From: Candidatus Eiseniibacteriota bacterium | GTDB taxonomy: Bacteria > Eisenbacteria > RBG-16-71-46 | Length of the DNA: 64,000 nucleotides | Assembly (NCBI GenBank): GCA_044222065.1 | Contig: JBGAOA010000017.1 | Location: 1-64,000 of the forward strand | Direction: 5' to 3' | Shown here: one piece after another, positions 9,289-18,989 of the stretch | How positions within the stretch are numbered: position 1 is the stretch's first letter | Layout of the letters: each line of letters starts with the position of its first letter | The notes under the pieces: model-generated | The model's input: only the letters and a program-made list of their open reading frames with translations | The model's database searches: none | What the model was told of the DNA's origin: nothing | Translations under genes and position numbers: made by a program

Positions 9289-10467
9289 ATGCTCACGACC
9301 ACGCGCCACTTCACCGACGCCGACGTGCGCGAACTCGTCGAAGTTCGCCGCGATCTGCACCAGCATCCCGAGACCGCGTTCACCGAAGTGCGCACGTCCG
9401 GCATCGTCGCGGAGCGCCTGAAGGCGCTCGGCCTCACGCCGCGCACGGGCGTCGGCAAGACCGGCGTGCTCGCGACCGTGCAGGGCGCGCGCCCCGGCAA
9501 GACCGTGCTGCTGCGCGCCGACATGGACGCGCTCCCGATCCACGAGGCGAACGACGTCCCGTACCGCTCGCGCGTGGACGGCAAGATGCACGCGTGCGGG
9601 CACGACTGCCACACGTCCATCCTGCTCGGCCTCGCGAAGCACTTCGTGAAGTCGCGCGCCGACCTCGCAGGCACGATCGTGCTGTGCTTCCAGCCGGCCG
9701 AAGAAGAGGGCGGCGGCGCCGAGGCGATGATCGCCGACGGCGCGCTCGATCACCCGAAGCCCGACGCGGCGTTCGGACTGCACGTGTGGCAGGACTTGGA
9801 CCTCGGCAAGGTCGCCGTCACGCCCGGGCCGTTCATGGCGGCCGTGGACGAGTTCGAGGTGACCGTGCGCGGCAAGGGCGCGCACGCCGCGATGCCGCAC
9901 TTCGGCATCGATCCCGTGCTGTGCCTCTCGCACATGGTCACCGCACTCCAGTCCATCGCGAGCCGCGGCACCGACCCGCTCAAGGAAGTGGTCGTGAGCG
10001 TCACGCAGCTCAAGGCCGGCTCGGCGTTCAACATCATTCCCGAGACGGCGTGGATGAACGGCACGTGCCGCGTGTTCGATCCCGCCGTGTGGGCCGAGCT
10101 GCCGAAGCAGTTCGAGCGCATCTGCCGCGGCATCGCGACGACGTTCGGCTGCGAGGTCGAGATCGAGTACAACCGCTTCAACCGCCCCACGGTGAACGAT
10201 CCCGAGATGGCGAAGATCGCCTTTGCGGCGGCCGCCGACGTCGTCGGCCGCGACCGCGTGCGCGAGGACGTGCGCACGATGGGCGGCGAGGACTTCTCGG
10301 CGTTCCTCCATCGCGTGCCCGGCTGCTTCATTGCGATCGGATCGCGCAACGAGTCGCGCGGACTCGTGTGGGACCACCATCATCCGCGCTTCGACGTGGA
10401 CGAAGGCTGCCTCGAGATCGGCGCCGAAGTCCTGCTCCGCACCGCCCAGAGGTTCCTCGAACGATGA
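9289..10467 (+). CDS. M20D amidohydrolase
   Basis: RRDLHQHPE, LRADMDALP, MHACGHD, FQPAEE, GGEDF, HHPRF motifs. Confidence 0.93.
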   Translation: MLTTTRHFTDADVRELVEVRRDLHQHPETAFTEVRTSGIVAERLKALGLTPRTGVGKTGVLATVQGARPGKTVLLRADMDALPIHEANDVPYRSRVDGKMHACGHDCHTSILLGLAKHFVKSRADLAGTIVLCFQPAEEEGGGAEAMIADGALDHPKPDAAFGLHVWQDLDLGKVAVTPGPFMAAVDEFEVTVRGKGAHAAMPHFGIDPVLCLSHMVTALQSIASRGTDPLKEVVVSVTQLKAGSAFNIIPETAWMNGTCRVFDPAVWAELPKQFERICRGIATTFGCEVEIEYNRFNRPTVNDPEMAKIAFAAAADVVGRDRVREDVRTMGGEDFSAFLHRVPGCFIAIGSRNESRGLVWDHHHPRFDVDEGCLEIGAEVLLRTAQRFLER

Positions 10468-11831
10468 ACGACGCCTTCGCCCGCGCCGCCCGGATTGCAC
10501 GTCACGCGGCGACGTATTCAGCGTTGCTCGCGCTCGGCGCCGCCGCTGCCGGCGCCGAGTGGCTGCGCCCCGATCCCTCGCTGCGCGACGCGCTCGACGC
10601 GCTCAAGTACGCGACGCGCGACACCGTGGGCCACGGCGCCGAACCCGCGCGCCTCGACACGCTCGCGATCGCGCTGCTGCGCGTCGGCCGCACGGACGAC
10701 GCCGCGAAGCTGTTCCGCCGCGTGCTCGAATCGACGCCGGGCGACGACGGCGCCGAGGCCGGACTCGGCAAGCTCGCGCTGTTCGCGGGCCGGCTCGACG
10801 AGGCCGACGCGCTGCTGTCGGCCGCGGACACGACCGACGAGGACGTGCAGCGCGACCGCTTCTGGCTGCGGCTGCGTCGCGAGGACTACGCGGGCGCGGC
10901 GCAGCTCGCCGAGGCGGCCGGGTTCCCGGGACGCACCGAGTCGCTGAACGCGTTCGCCGCCGAGGACGGCCTGTGGCGCATCGCGGACGGCGCGCCCGAA
11001 GGGACGCAGCTCTTCAGCCGCGTGTTCCCGGCGCCGCTCGTCAAGGTGAAGCTCAATGGCCAGAGCGTGCTGATGAGCCTCGACACGGGCGCGAGCGGAC
11101 TGATCGTGGACGAGGGCTGGGCGAAGCGCACCGGCGTGCGCGCCATCGCGGGCGAGTGGCCGTCGGTGTGGAACGGCGCGAGCGTCGTGCTGCGAGGAGC
11201 GCTCGTTCAGCGCTTCGAAATGGCCGGCGTCCGCGTCGAGAACGTGCCGGCCGCGCGCGCGGACCTGTCGCGCTGGAGCCTCGAGGCGAATCCGCAGGGC
11301 GAGAAGATCGCGGGCGTCGTCGGGCTCGCGGTGCTGCGCCGCCTCGGCGCGACGCTGGACTACCAGCGCAACCGGCTCGTGCTGCGCCGCACGCCCGCGC
11401 CGCCCGCGACCGGCGCGACGCGCGTGCCGTTCGAGGTGTGGGGCGAGAACGAGCTGATGGTGCGCGGCAGCGTCGCCGGCGGCCGCAGGATGTGGTTCCT
11501 GCTCGAGACCGGGCTGCTCGGCTGCGGCTTCGCGGCGCCGAGCGAAGTGCTCGACGAGGTGGGCGTGAAGCCCGGCGGCGTGTCGAAGATGGTGAAGAGC
11601 GTCGGCACCGTGATCGCCGGCCGGCCGTGGACGCCCGTGACCGTGCCGACGGTCTCGATCGGCGCCGTCGTCCGCGACCGCGTTCCGGGCTGGTCGGGCG
11701 CGATGGACTCGGGCGAGCTGTGGCGCCACGGCGTGCGGCGCGACGGCATCGTGGCCGGCGAGTTCTTCCGCGGCCGCACGCTCGACTTCGACTGGACGAA
11801 GCGCGAACTCGTGATCGGGGCGAAGCCGTAG
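10464..11831 (+). CDS. TPR-containing protein with two retropepsin-like aspartyl protease domains
   Basis: ATGA overlap; TPR-like helices; LDTGAS...GVVGL first lobe; LETGL...DGIVAG second lobe. Confidence 0.75.
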   Translation: MNDAFARAARIARHAATYSALLALGAAAAGAEWLRPDPSLRDALDALKYATRDTVGHGAEPARLDTLAIALLRVGRTDDAAKLFRRVLESTPGDDGAEAGLGKLALFAGRLDEADALLSAADTTDEDVQRDRFWLRLRREDYAGAAQLAEAAGFPGRTESLNAFAAEDGLWRIADGAPEGTQLFSRVFPAPLVKVKLNGQSVLMSLDTGASGLIVDEGWAKRTGVRAIAGEWPSVWNGASVVLRGALVQRFEMAGVRVENVPAARADLSRWSLEANPQGEKIAGVVGLAVLRRLGATLDYQRNRLVLRRTPAPPATGATRVPFEVWGENELMVRGSVAGGRRMWFLLETGLLGCGFAAPSEVLDEVGVKPGGVSKMVKSVGTVIAGRPWTPVTVPTVSIGAVVRDRVPGWSGAMDSGELWRHGVRRDGIVAGEFFRGRTLDFDWTKRELVIGAKP

Positions 11832-11907
11832 CGACCTCGCCGCGGCCCGCCGGGGTTCCGCTGGAGAAGCCCGGGCGCGCCGAGCGCGAAGCGTCGCGCT
11901 CGGCGCC

Positions 11908-12429
11908 CTAGGGTCGAACCTGGCGTCGCTCGCCGTCCTCGTTCGACGCTTCGCCTTCCGTCTCGGGCCGCTCGGGCGCGGCGTACTGGCCGCCGACCTT
12001 CACGCCCGCGCCGTGCTCGTACACGAGCAGGCCGCCGCGATAGCCGGCCATGCCGACGGCGCTCGCGCCGAAGAGCTGCAGCAGCAGCGCGGCGACGCCG
12101 AGCGATGACGCGAGAGCGCCCTTCGCCGCGGCCGCGGCGCCGCGCACGGCGAGTGCGGCGAGCGACAGGTAGAACGCGATGTTCGCCGCCGCCTCGTGCG
12201 CTTCGATCGGCGCGTGCGGGACGCGGTTCTCGACGCCCTCCTCGGCCTCGGCGCCCGAGCGCAGCGCCACGAACGCTGCGAGCGTGCCGAGCACCAGCAG
12301 CGCGAGCGCCGAGCGGCGCCACCACGCGACGTCCGTGAGGCGGCCGACGAGTTCGAACAACGCGCTCACGAGCAGCAGCGCGATCGGGAAGTGAACGACC
12401 TTGGGATGCAGTGTTCCGAGGAATTCCAT
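11908..12429 (-). CDS. DUF2231-family membrane protein
   Basis: LHPKVVHFPIALL N-terminus; AGYRGGLLVYEHG C-terminus; GGAGG RBS. Confidence 0.85.
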   Translation of the reverse strand: MEFLGTLHPKVVHFPIALLLVSALFELVGRLTDVAWWRRSALALLVLGTLAAFVALRSGAEAEEGVENRVPHAPIEAHEAAANIAFYLSLAALAVRGAAAAAKGALASSLGVAALLLQLFGASAVGMAGYRGGLLVYEHGAGVKVGGQYAAPERPETEGEASNEDGERRQVRP

Positions 12430-12557
12430 GCGACCTCCGCGTGCGGTGACGTCGGCGCGCGCAGACTACGACGCGTTCCGCGCCGCGCAAAGCGCCGGCA
12501 TTCGCCCGCGCCGCGGCGGGCCTCGCGGCCGCGCGAGGGTGGGGCTAGAGTGCGCGC

Positions 12558-13244
12558 ATGACGACGGCCCGCTCCCCCATGGACCGCCCGGCCTTCCGCG
12601 CCTTCGCCTCGCTCGTGACGAGCGGCGTGGACGTGCTGCTGCTGCTGCTCGCGCTCGGAGGCCCCGAGGCGCTGCTCGCGCACCGGCGCGCGCTCGCACT
12701 GCTCGCCGCGTGGACCGCGCTCGGGCTCGTTCTCGCGCTATTGCGGCCCGTGCGATCGAGCGACGTCGTGGACGCCGATGCCGATGCGCGCGGCGTGTTC
12801 GTCGCGCTCGGACTCGTGCCGCTGCTCGTCGCCCCGGTCGCCGCGGTCGGCGAGCGTTTCGGCGTCGGCCCGCTGCCGGGCGGCGAGGCGCTGCGCTGGT
12901 CGGGCGTCGCGCTGTCGGCCTCGGCACTCGCGCTGCGCATCGCCGCGATCGCGCAGCTCGGCGCGCGCTTCGCGCCGATCGCCGCGGTGCAGAGCGAACA
13001 CGCGCTCGAGACGCGCGGCCTCTATTCGCGCATGCGCCACCCGGGCTACCTCGGCTCGTGGCTCACCGCGGTCGGCACGGCGATCGCGTTCGGCAGCGCG
13101 CTCGGATTCGCCCTCCCGCTGCTGCTCGCGCCGCTGTTCGTCACGCGCATCCGGCGCGAAGACGCGCTGCTCGAGCGGCACTTCGGGGACGCCTACCGCG
13201 CGTGGCGGGCGCGCACCTGGGGGATGTTCCCGAAGCCCTTCTGA
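12558..13244 (+). CDS. Isoprenylcysteine carboxyl methyltransferase-family membrane protein
   Basis: H.LETRGLYSRMRHPGYLG, RIRRED..L..HFGDAY.AW motifs. Confidence 0.85.
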   Translation: MTTARSPMDRPAFRAFASLVTSGVDVLLLLLALGGPEALLAHRRALALLAAWTALGLVLALLRPVRSSDVVDADADARGVFVALGLVPLLVAPVAAVGERFGVGPLPGGEALRWSGVALSASALALRIAAIAQLGARFAPIAAVQSEHALETRGLYSRMRHPGYLGSWLTAVGTAIAFGSALGFALPLLLAPLFVTRIRREDALLERHFGDAYRAWRARTWGMFPKPF

Positions 13245-13374
13245 CCCCCGGGCCGCCGCGGGCGCCCCGGCCGTTCGCGGCGCTCGAACCGCCGCGCGTC
13301 CGCACGCGTCCCGAGCGCCCGGAATCGCGTTCGAGCGTTGGCGTGCGCCGCGTGCTCCGCTATGCTGCGCCGCA

Positions 13375-14361
13375 ATGCGAATCGCCTATCACGTCATGTC
13401 CGCGCCCGCGCCGATCGGGCTGCTGTTCCTCGCCGCCTCCGAGCGGGGCTTACGCTACCTCGAGTTCCTGGACCGCCGCGCGATCAAGCGCGTGATCGCC
13501 GCCAAGGACAAGGACCAGCCCGGCGCGACGTGGGTGCCTTCGCTGCTCGATCTGAAGCCCTACGTGGACCAGCTCGAGACGTACTTCCACGGCTCGCTCA
13601 CGCAGTTCGAGCTGCCGCTCGACCCGGTGGGCTCCGAGTTCCAGCTCGCGGTGTGGAAGCGCCTGCTCGAAATCCCGTTCGGCGAGACGCGCACGTACGG
13701 CCAGATCGCGAAGCAGCTCGGCCAGCCCGGCGCCTCGCGCGCCGTGGGGCTCGCGAACAACCAGAACCCGATCGTGATCATCGTGCCCTGCCACCGCGTC
13801 GTCGGCGCCGGGGGCGAACTCACGGGCTACGGCGGCGGCCTGCCGCGCAAGCGCTGGCTGCTCGAGCACGAGGCGAAGTTCAGCCGCGCCGTGCACATGC
13901 CGGGCGAGCTGACCTCCACGCTCTACGTGCCCGAGGACGCGCGCCGCGCGGCCGTGCGCGCGAAGGAAGCGGCCGCACGCGCGGCGGCGGAGCGCGCCGA
14001 GGCCGAGCGCCGGCAGTTGTCGCTGTTCGGCGAGCCCGCGCGCCGCGGCTCGCGCAAGCGCGCGACGGCGGCCGTTCTCGCGACGACCGCGGCTCCCGCC
14101 AGGCCGGCCGCGCCGGCGAAGCCCGCGGCGCCGGCGAAGCGCGCCGCCACGAAGACCGCGACGAAGACGGCGCCCCGCCCGACGGCGAAGCCTGCGACGC
14201 GACCCGCGCGCGCGACGTCCTCGCGCACCGCCTCCCGTCGCACGACTCCCGCACGACGTTCGTCCCCACGCACCCCGCGCCCGGCCCGCTCTGGCGCGCC
14301 CTCGCGCCGCCAGGCCGCGGCTGCGAAATCGAGTGCGCGAACCGGAGCCCGGCGCAGCTAG
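13375..14361 (+). CDS. ogt: Methylated-DNA--protein-cysteine methyltransferase with long basic C-terminal extension
   Basis: GSEFQ..VW, IPFGETRTYG, RAVG.A...NP, IVPCHRVVG active site, GYGGG; about 150 extra C-terminal residues. Confidence 0.9.
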   Translation: MRIAYHVMSAPAPIGLLFLAASERGLRYLEFLDRRAIKRVIAAKDKDQPGATWVPSLLDLKPYVDQLETYFHGSLTQFELPLDPVGSEFQLAVWKRLLEIPFGETRTYGQIAKQLGQPGASRAVGLANNQNPIVIIVPCHRVVGAGGELTGYGGGLPRKRWLLEHEAKFSRAVHMPGELTSTLYVPEDARRAAVRAKEAAARAAAERAEAERRQLSLFGEPARRGSRKRATAAVLATTAAPARPAAPAKPAAPAKRAATKTATKTAPRPTAKPATRPARATSSRTASRRTTPARRSSPRTPRPARSGAPSRRQAAAAKSSARTGARRS

Positions 14362-14385
14362 CAAACCCTCTCGCCGGAGGTTTCC

Positions 14386-15333
14386 GTGTCGTCCCGCATC
14401 GCCCGCTCGCTCGCGATCGCAATCCTGCTGCTCGCCCCGACCGCTCGTGCACACGCCGGACAGGTGCGCATCGACATGAGCGGATTCGCGTTCACGCCGA
14501 ACGCCGTCTCGCTCAACCAGGGCGACCACGTGACGTGGATCTGGCTGAACGCCGGCCACTCCACCACGAGCGGCAGCGGCGGGGTGGCGAACGGCATCTG
14601 GAACAGCGCCTCACAGCTGTCGGCGACCGCCGCCTACACGTGGAAGAGCGATCGCACCGGCACGCTGCCGTTCTTCTGCATTCCGCATGTCTCGTTCGGC
14701 ATGACGGGCACGCTGAGCGTCGGCGCCACGGGCGCCGCGGTCGCGAACCTGCGGATCACCGAGGTGCACTACACCGCCGCCGCCGGCGCCGACCGCATCC
14801 AGATCTCGAACCTCGGCACGGCCGCGGGGGACCTCGCGCGCTACCGGCTCACGACGGCGGCGACGACCGGCGCGACGACCACGACGACGTTCGGCTCGGC
14901 GAACAATCTTCCGGTCCCCGCGGGCGCGAGCGTGACCGTGCACTGGGGCGCGAGCGGCACGAACACCGCGACCGACCTGTTCGTGCCGGGCGTCGCGGAC
15001 CTCGGCAACGCGGGCTCGCTCGGCCTGTACGCGCCGAACACCGTCGTCGCGGGCTTCGACCAGCCGACGCAGATCGTGGACTACGTCGAGTGGGGCGGGA
15101 GCGGACAGGCGAACGAGGCGACGGCGGCGAACGCGACGGCCGGTCTCTGGACCAGCGGCGAAGCCGTCGTGGGGTCGACGTCGGCGGCGCACTCGATCTC
15201 GTTCTGCGGCACCGGCACGCAGCACGGCGCCGCGCAATGGGACGTCTCGACGCCGAACTTCGGCACGACCCCGATCTGCACGACGCCTTCGCTCCGGACG
15301 AGCTGGGGGCGGATCAAGTCGCTCTACCGCTGA
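14386..15333 (+). CDS. Secreted cupredoxin (type-1 Cu) + lamin-tail-like domain protein ending in TSWGRIKSLYR
   Basis: GGAGG RBS; signal peptide; FTP...GD.VTW, H, C-x-P-H-x4-M copper ligands; LRITEVHY..D.IQISN and IVDYVEWG. Confidence 0.75.
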   Translation: MSSRIARSLAIAILLLAPTARAHAGQVRIDMSGFAFTPNAVSLNQGDHVTWIWLNAGHSTTSGSGGVANGIWNSASQLSATAAYTWKSDRTGTLPFFCIPHVSFGMTGTLSVGATGAAVANLRITEVHYTAAAGADRIQISNLGTAAGDLARYRLTTAATTGATTTTTFGSANNLPVPAGASVTVHWGASGTNTATDLFVPGVADLGNAGSLGLYAPNTVVAGFDQPTQIVDYVEWGGSGQANEATAANATAGLWTSGEAVVGSTSAAHSISFCGTGTQHGAAQWDVSTPNFGTTPICTTPSLRTSWGRIKSLYR

Positions 15334-15351
15334 CGCGGCGAACGGCGCGCG

Positions 15352-16353
15352 TCAGCGCGCGAAGTGATCGAAGCCGCGCGGCAGCGACGGCGAGGCCGCT
15401 CCGGCGACGCGACGGCCTTCGCCGGGCGGCGTGATCCGGCCGGCGAACTGCAGCGCGACGCCGTGCTCGGCCGCGAGCGACTCGAGCGCGTCGCGGTGCG
15501 CGGGATCGAGCGCGAGCAGCAGTTCGTAATCGTCGCTCGGATCGAGCCGCAGGGCGGCCGCCGACGTGCCGAGCGCCTCCGCCGCGCGCTCGAGCGGCTC
15601 GTCCGGCGCGAACGCCGCGAGGTCGAGCGCGGCGCCCACGCCGCTCGCATCGCACAGGTGGCCGAGGTCGCCGGCGAGTCCGTCCGAGAGGTCGATCGCC
15701 GCACGAACGCCGCCGCAGGCGGCGAGCGCGCGCGCGAACGCGACGCGCGAAGCGGGCGCGCGCCAGTCCGCGAGGAGGCCGGCGAACCGCGCCTCGCACG
15801 CCGTGGGGCCGAGTCGGTCGAGCAGGCGCTCGACCGCGCCCGCGCGCCCCGGCGAGCCCGTCGCGACGAGCAGGTCGCCCGGCCGCGCGCCCGCGCGCGT
15901 CCACGCGCCGCCGCTCGCGACCGCGCCGACGAGCGTGAGCGCCGCCCACCGTTCGGCGCTCACCGACGAGAGGTTGCCCCCGACGAGCGCCGCGCCGTGC
16001 GCGGCCAGCGCGCGCGACAGCCCCGACTGCAGCGCTTCGAGCTCGCCCGCGTCGTCGTCGGCCGCGGCGCCGAACGCGACGACCGCCCAGCGCGGCTCGG
16101 CCGCCATCGCGGCGAGATCGCTCAGGTTCGCCGCCGCGAGCCGCGCGCCGACCGCCTCGGGCGCGAGCCAGCCGCGCTTCCAGTGACGCCCCTCGACGAA
16201 AGCGTCGGTCGTCAGAACGAGGTCCTCGCCGGGGCCGGGACGCACGATCGCCGCGTCGTCGCCGGCGCCGAGGATCACGTCGCCGCGTGCCGCGCCCGCG
16301 TGGCGCACGAGCCGCGCGATCGCGCCGAACTCGCCCGCCTCACTCAGCCGCAC
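15352..16353 (-). CDS. thiL: Thiamine-monophosphate kinase
   Basis: GEFG.I, GDDAA, TTD..VEG.H, NLSDLAAM, GGN, AIDLSDGL..DL, DYELL. Confidence 0.92.
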   Translation of the reverse strand: MRLSEAGEFGAIARLVRHAGAARGDVILGAGDDAAIVRPGPGEDLVLTTDAFVEGRHWKRGWLAPEAVGARLAAANLSDLAAMAAEPRWAVVAFGAAADDDAGELEALQSGLSRALAAHGAALVGGNLSSVSAERWAALTLVGAVASGGAWTRAGARPGDLLVATGSPGRAGAVERLLDRLGPTACEARFAGLLADWRAPASRVAFARALAACGGVRAAIDLSDGLAGDLGHLCDASGVGAALDLAAFAPDEPLERAAEALGTSAAALRLDPSDDYELLLALDPAHRDALESLAAEHGVALQFAGRITPPGEGRRVAGAASPSLPRGFDHFAR

Positions 16354-17551
16354 GCGCCGCCCCCTTCCGCGCGGCGCCGGCGCCGCACAGCGTCACGAAC
16401 AGCAGCGCCGCGGCGAGCGCGAGCGCCGCATCCACGGCGAACGTGACGCCCGCGCCGAAGCGCTCCCACAGCGCGCCCGCGAGCAGGCTCGCGGGCAGCA
16501 GCGCGATGCCGACGACGGTGTAATAGACGCCGAACGCCGTCGCGCGCCCCGCCTCGCCCGCGAGATCGCTCACGAGCGCGCGCTCCGAGACGTCGAGCAG
16601 CGCGCTGTGCACGCCGAGCAGCGCGAGGGCGCCGATGGCCGCGACGCGCCCGCCGTCGAGCGCGAGCCACAGGTACACGCCGGCGTACAGCAGGTAGGCG
16701 CCCGCGAGCAGCGCGCGCCGGCCGACGCGGTCGGCCACGACGCCGGCCGGATACGACAGCGCCGCGTAGAACAGCTGGTAGCCCGCGTACGCGAGCGGCA
16801 CGGTCGCGACCGCGAGGCCCGAGTCCTTCGCGCGCAGCAGCACGAACGCCATGCTGCTGTTCGCGAGCTGGAACACGCCGTCAGCGATGCAGAACTTCCA
16901 GAACGCGGCCGGCAGCTTCGTGCGCGCGCCACCGGCCGCCGCGGCGTGCGCCGCGGGCCGCGGCGCGCGCACGAAGATCGCGAGCACGACGACGGAGAGC
17001 AGCGCGGGGATCGCGGTGACGAGGAACAGGCGCCGGAACTCGCCCGGCCACGCGGCGAGCAGCGCGAAGGCGAGCACGGGGCCGATCGCGGCGCCGATCG
17101 AATCCATCGCGCGGTGCAGCCCGAACGCGCGCCCGCGCACGCCGGGCGTCACGGAGTCGGCGATGAGCGCGTCGCGCGCCGGGCTGCGGAGCCCCTTGCC
17201 GACGCGGTCGGCGAAGCGCAGCGCGAGCACCGCGGGCCACGTGGCCGCGTACGCGAGCGCGGCCTTCGTCACGCCCGAGATGCCGTAGCCCGCGACGAGG
17301 AACGGCTTGCGTCGGCCGATGCGGTCCGAGAGCCAGCCCGACGACAGGCGCAGGAGCGCCGCGGTGCTCTCGGCCACGCCCTCGATGACGCCCAGGCTCG
17401 CGACCGAGGCGCCGAGCACGCCGGTGACGAACAGCGGCAGCACCGGCAGCATCATCTCGCTCGAGACGTCGTTCAGCAGCGAGACGACGCCGAGCGCGAC
17501 GACGTTGCGCGGCAGGCGTGGAGCCCTCGCGGGCGCGGGCGGCGCGTTCAC
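16340..17551 (-). CDS. MFS transporter
   Basis: GWLSDRIGRRK motif A, DRVGKGLR, about 12 TM segments. Confidence 0.9.
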   Translation of the reverse strand: MNAPPAPARAPRLPRNVVALGVVSLLNDVSSEMMLPVLPLFVTGVLGASVASLGVIEGVAESTAALLRLSSGWLSDRIGRRKPFLVAGYGISGVTKAALAYAATWPAVLALRFADRVGKGLRSPARDALIADSVTPGVRGRAFGLHRAMDSIGAAIGPVLAFALLAAWPGEFRRLFLVTAIPALLSVVVLAIFVRAPRPAAHAAAAGGARTKLPAAFWKFCIADGVFQLANSSMAFVLLRAKDSGLAVATVPLAYAGYQLFYAALSYPAGVVADRVGRRALLAGAYLLYAGVYLWLALDGGRVAAIGALALLGVHSALLDVSERALVSDLAGEAGRATAFGVYYTVVGIALLPASLLAGALWERFGAGVTFAVDAALALAAALLFVTLCGAGAARKGAARAAE

Positions 17552-17609
17552 GCCGCGAGCCTAGCGCGCGCCGCGGACCGGCGGCGAGCCGCGCGCGGCG
17601 CGCGGCCGG

Positions 17610-18989
17610 TCACGGAATCTCGATCTCGTCGAGCGCGCCGAGGCCCTGGAGCGCCGTGCGGGCGACTTCCGGGTTCGAGACCACGAGGATCTGCAGGTCG
17701 TTCACGCAGAAGTAGGACTTCAGCGCGCGACGGACGTCTTCCATCGTCACGGCGCCGACCCGCGCGTCGAACGACTCGATCGTGCCGGGCTCGAGCCCGT
17801 AGAACTCGACGTCGAGCAGCGCTCGGGCGAGGTCGTCCGGCGCCTGCAGGCCGAGCGGGTACTGGCCGACGAGGTAGCGCTTCGCTTTCTCGAGCTCCGC
17901 CTCGCTCGGCCCCTGCTCGACGAGCGTTCCGACCGACCGCAGCACCTCGTCCACGCACTTCCGCAGCGTCGCGTTGCGCGTGAACGTCGTGATCGTGAAC
18001 GCGCCCGTGTTGCGGTGCATGTCGAAGCGGCTGCGGATCGAGTACGTGAGGCCCTGCACGACGCGGATCTCGTTCACGAGCCGCGACGTGAAGCCGCCGC
18101 CGAGGATCGCGTTCGCGACCCGGATCGGGTACTCGTCCGGATGCCCGCGCGGCACCGCGGCGCACGCGAACCGGATCTGCGCCTGCGTCGCCTCGGGCTT
18201 GCGCACGATGCGCACGCGCCGCTCCGCCGCGCGCGCGAGCGGCACGTACGGCACGGCGGCGGACGACTTGGACGGCTTCCAGTCGCGGAACGCGCGCTCG
18301 AGCGCGGCGAGTGTTACGGCCTCGTCCACGTCGCCGACGACGGCGAGCAGCGAGTGGTCGGGCGTGACGTAGCGGCGGTGGAACGCCACGACGTCGTCGC
18401 GCGTCAGCGACTGCACCGACGTTTCGGAGCCGACACCCGGATGCGCGAGCGGGCCCGCGCCGTAGAGGAACGCGGGCAGCGCGTTGTCCGCGATCGCCGC
18501 GGGCTCGGAGCGGTCGCTCGCGATACGGCCGAGCGTCTCGGACTTGCGGCGCTCGAATTCCTCGGGCGCGAACGTGGGCGCCGCGACGACGTCGCGGAAC
18601 AGCTCGAGCCCGATCGCGAAGTCCTTCGTGAGCACCTCGCACGACACCTCGAGCCGTTCGACGCCGGCGCCGGCGTCGAGCACGCCGCCGACGAACGCGA
18701 TGTCCTCGGCGATCGCCTTCGCGTCGCGCGTGCCCGCGCCCTGCGTGAGCAGCGAGGCCGTCAGCTCGGCGAGGCCTTCCTTCCCCGCCGGGTCGTACAC
18801 CGAGCCCGCGCGCGCGACGAGCGCGAGGTCCACGAGCGGCAGGCGCTTCGTCGGCAGGATCACGACCGTGAGTCCGTTCGAGAGCGTCGTCTTCCGGTAC
18901 GGGGGCAGCTTCAGGGGCGCGGCCGCGGCGCTCGAAGCGGCCGAGACGGCGAACGCGAGCGCGAGCGCGACGGCGGCGCGGCGGCTCAC
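17610..18989 (-). CDS. M16 peptidase, non-catalytic subunit
   Basis: TLSNGLTV, GKEGLAELTASLL (no HxxEH), GGGFTSRL..EIR...GLTY; signal peptide; GTGA overlap. Confidence 0.88.
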   Translation of the reverse strand: MSRRAAVALALAFAVSAASSAAAAPLKLPPYRKTTLSNGLTVVILPTKRLPLVDLALVARAGSVYDPAGKEGLAELTASLLTQGAGTRDAKAIAEDIAFVGGVLDAGAGVERLEVSCEVLTKDFAIGLELFRDVVAAPTFAPEEFERRKSETLGRIASDRSEPAAIADNALPAFLYGAGPLAHPGVGSETSVQSLTRDDVVAFHRRYVTPDHSLLAVVGDVDEAVTLAALERAFRDWKPSKSSAAVPYVPLARAAERRVRIVRKPEATQAQIRFACAAVPRGHPDEYPIRVANAILGGGFTSRLVNEIRVVQGLTYSIRSRFDMHRNTGAFTITTFTRNATLRKCVDEVLRSVGTLVEQGPSEAELEKAKRYLVGQYPLGLQAPDDLARALLDVEFYGLEPGTIESFDARVGAVTMEDVRRALKSYFCVNDLQILVVSNPEVARTALQGLGALDEIEIP

